Assembly: GCA_025464275.1 (NCBI GenBank)
Contig: JAODGR010000043.1
Span: 1 to 40,755, forward strand
Direction: 5' to 3'
DNA length: 40,755 nucleotides
Source: Methanosarcinales archaeon
GTDB lineage: Archaea > Halobacteriota > Syntropharchaeia > Alkanophagales > Methanospirareceae
The translations under genes and the position numbers were made by a program. The notes under the pieces were generated by a model. That model was not told the DNA's origin. It did no database searches and saw only the letters and a list, made by a program, of their open reading frames with translations. Positions 39,911-40,755 of the stretch are shown one piece after another (within the stretch, counting starts at the first letter, position 1; the number at the start of each line of letters is the position of its first letter).

Positions 39911-40755
39911 ATGAGATCTCTTACCTTTGCAGCCCGTATGGAGGATGTAAAGCCCTCAGCGACATTCAAATATAACGAAGCAGCAAAGAAGCCGGGGGTA
40001 ATTAACCTTACCATAGGTAGACCGGGCTTTGATACGCCGGAGGTGATAAAGGACGCGGCGAAACGGGCACTGGATGAAGGTAAAGTACACTACACACCCT
40101 CAAAGGGTATACCAGAACTTAGAGAGGCAATAGCAGCCAAACTGGAGAGGGAGAACCGTATCGGTGGCATCGATGCGGATAAGGTCGTCGTCTCAGGTGG
40201 TGCGAAACAGATAATCTACTGTATAATCATGGCACTGGCAGACAGGGGAGATGTGGTGGCAATTCAGAATCCCACATGGGTGAGTTACGAGGCTCAGATC
40301 CGACTGGCAGATGCGAGAGTGGAGTGGCTGAGTTTGAAGCCGGAGGAGGGTTTCATCCCGGGTGACGATTTCATGCACGAGCTGGAGGAGACGAGTGCCA
40401 AACTGCTGATACTCAATTCGCCAAGTAATCCCACGGGTGCAGTCTTTCCAGAGCGGATAATCAGGGAGATAATGGATGTATGCAGCAGGAAGGGGATCTT
40501 CGTCATCTCTGATGAGGTGTATGAGAAGCTGATCTATGAGGGCAGGCATTACAGCCCTGCGAGTGACTATGAGAATGTGATAACGGTGAACGCATTCAGC
40601 AAGGCGTACAGTATGACAGGATGGCGGCTTGGATACTGTGCGTGTGTAAATCGGGAGCTGGTGGAGAAGATAGAGACGGTGCACCAGCAATCACTCTCAT
40701 GCTGCACCTCCTTTGCGCAGTACGGTGCTCTGGCGGCATTCACAGACGAGGCGAG
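39911..40755 (+). CDS. Class I/II PLP-dependent (aspartate-type) aminotransferase, partial
   Basis: Manual translation MRSLTFAARMEDVKPSATF...GRPGFDTP...HYTPSKGIPELR...NSPSNPTG...SDEVYEK...NAFSKAYSMTGWRLGY; runs off the window. Confidence 0.93.
   Translation, partial: MRSLTFAARMEDVKPSATFKYNEAAKKPGVINLTIGRPGFDTPEVIKDAAKRALDEGKVHYTPSKGIPELREAIAAKLERENRIGGIDADKVVVSGGAKQIIYCIIMALADRGDVVAIQNPTWVSYEAQIRLADARVEWLSLKPEEGFIPGDDFMHELEETSAKLLILNSPSNPTGAVFPERIIREIMDVCSRKGIFVISDEVYEKLIYEGRHYSPASDYENVITVNAFSKAYSMTGWRLGYCACVNRELVEKIETVHQQSLSCCTSFAQYGALAAFTDEA

Overview
A gene-dense archaeal chromosome segment from an MCR-encoding, Methanomicrobia-like organism. An ANME-1/Syntrophoarchaeia-type lineage is my inference, based on mcrC lying apart from mcrBGA, an acyl-CoA dehydrogenase and a bacterial-type LigA. 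(1) 1-3637 is an MCR accessory cluster: the end of a probable atwA/component A2, mcrC, an uncharacterised SAM methyltransferase, two small orphan genes and ycaO. (2) About 3.7-16.2 kb is an accessory module with a divergent TFB paralog, two ~77%-identical winged-HTH regulators, a shared palindromic motif in two intergenic regions, alpha-glucan enzymes (NDP-sugar pyrophosphorylase with a DUF5752-like tail, GT4, GH57), PGK, tandem CBS proteins, DUF2111, Roadblock/LC7 and an RHH-like protein. This is my best candidate for an undescribed system, a carbon-storage or starvation regulon. (3) 16.2-40.8 kb is mostly housekeeping: pantoate kinase, a minimal diadenylate cyclase, prs, ilvC, acyl-CoA dehydrogenase, TrmO, NUDIX, purS, trpS, amrS/amrB, rpl15e, lsm-rpl37e-tRNA-Ser-aIF2beta, marker 12, egsA, rps2, NAD-dependent ligA, a Re-citrate-synthase-like enzyme and an aminotransferase. 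Short, mostly 6-bp tandem repeats are frequent in genes and spacers. I saw no CRISPR array, rRNA or mobile element. All family calls come from motif recognition; no searches were run.
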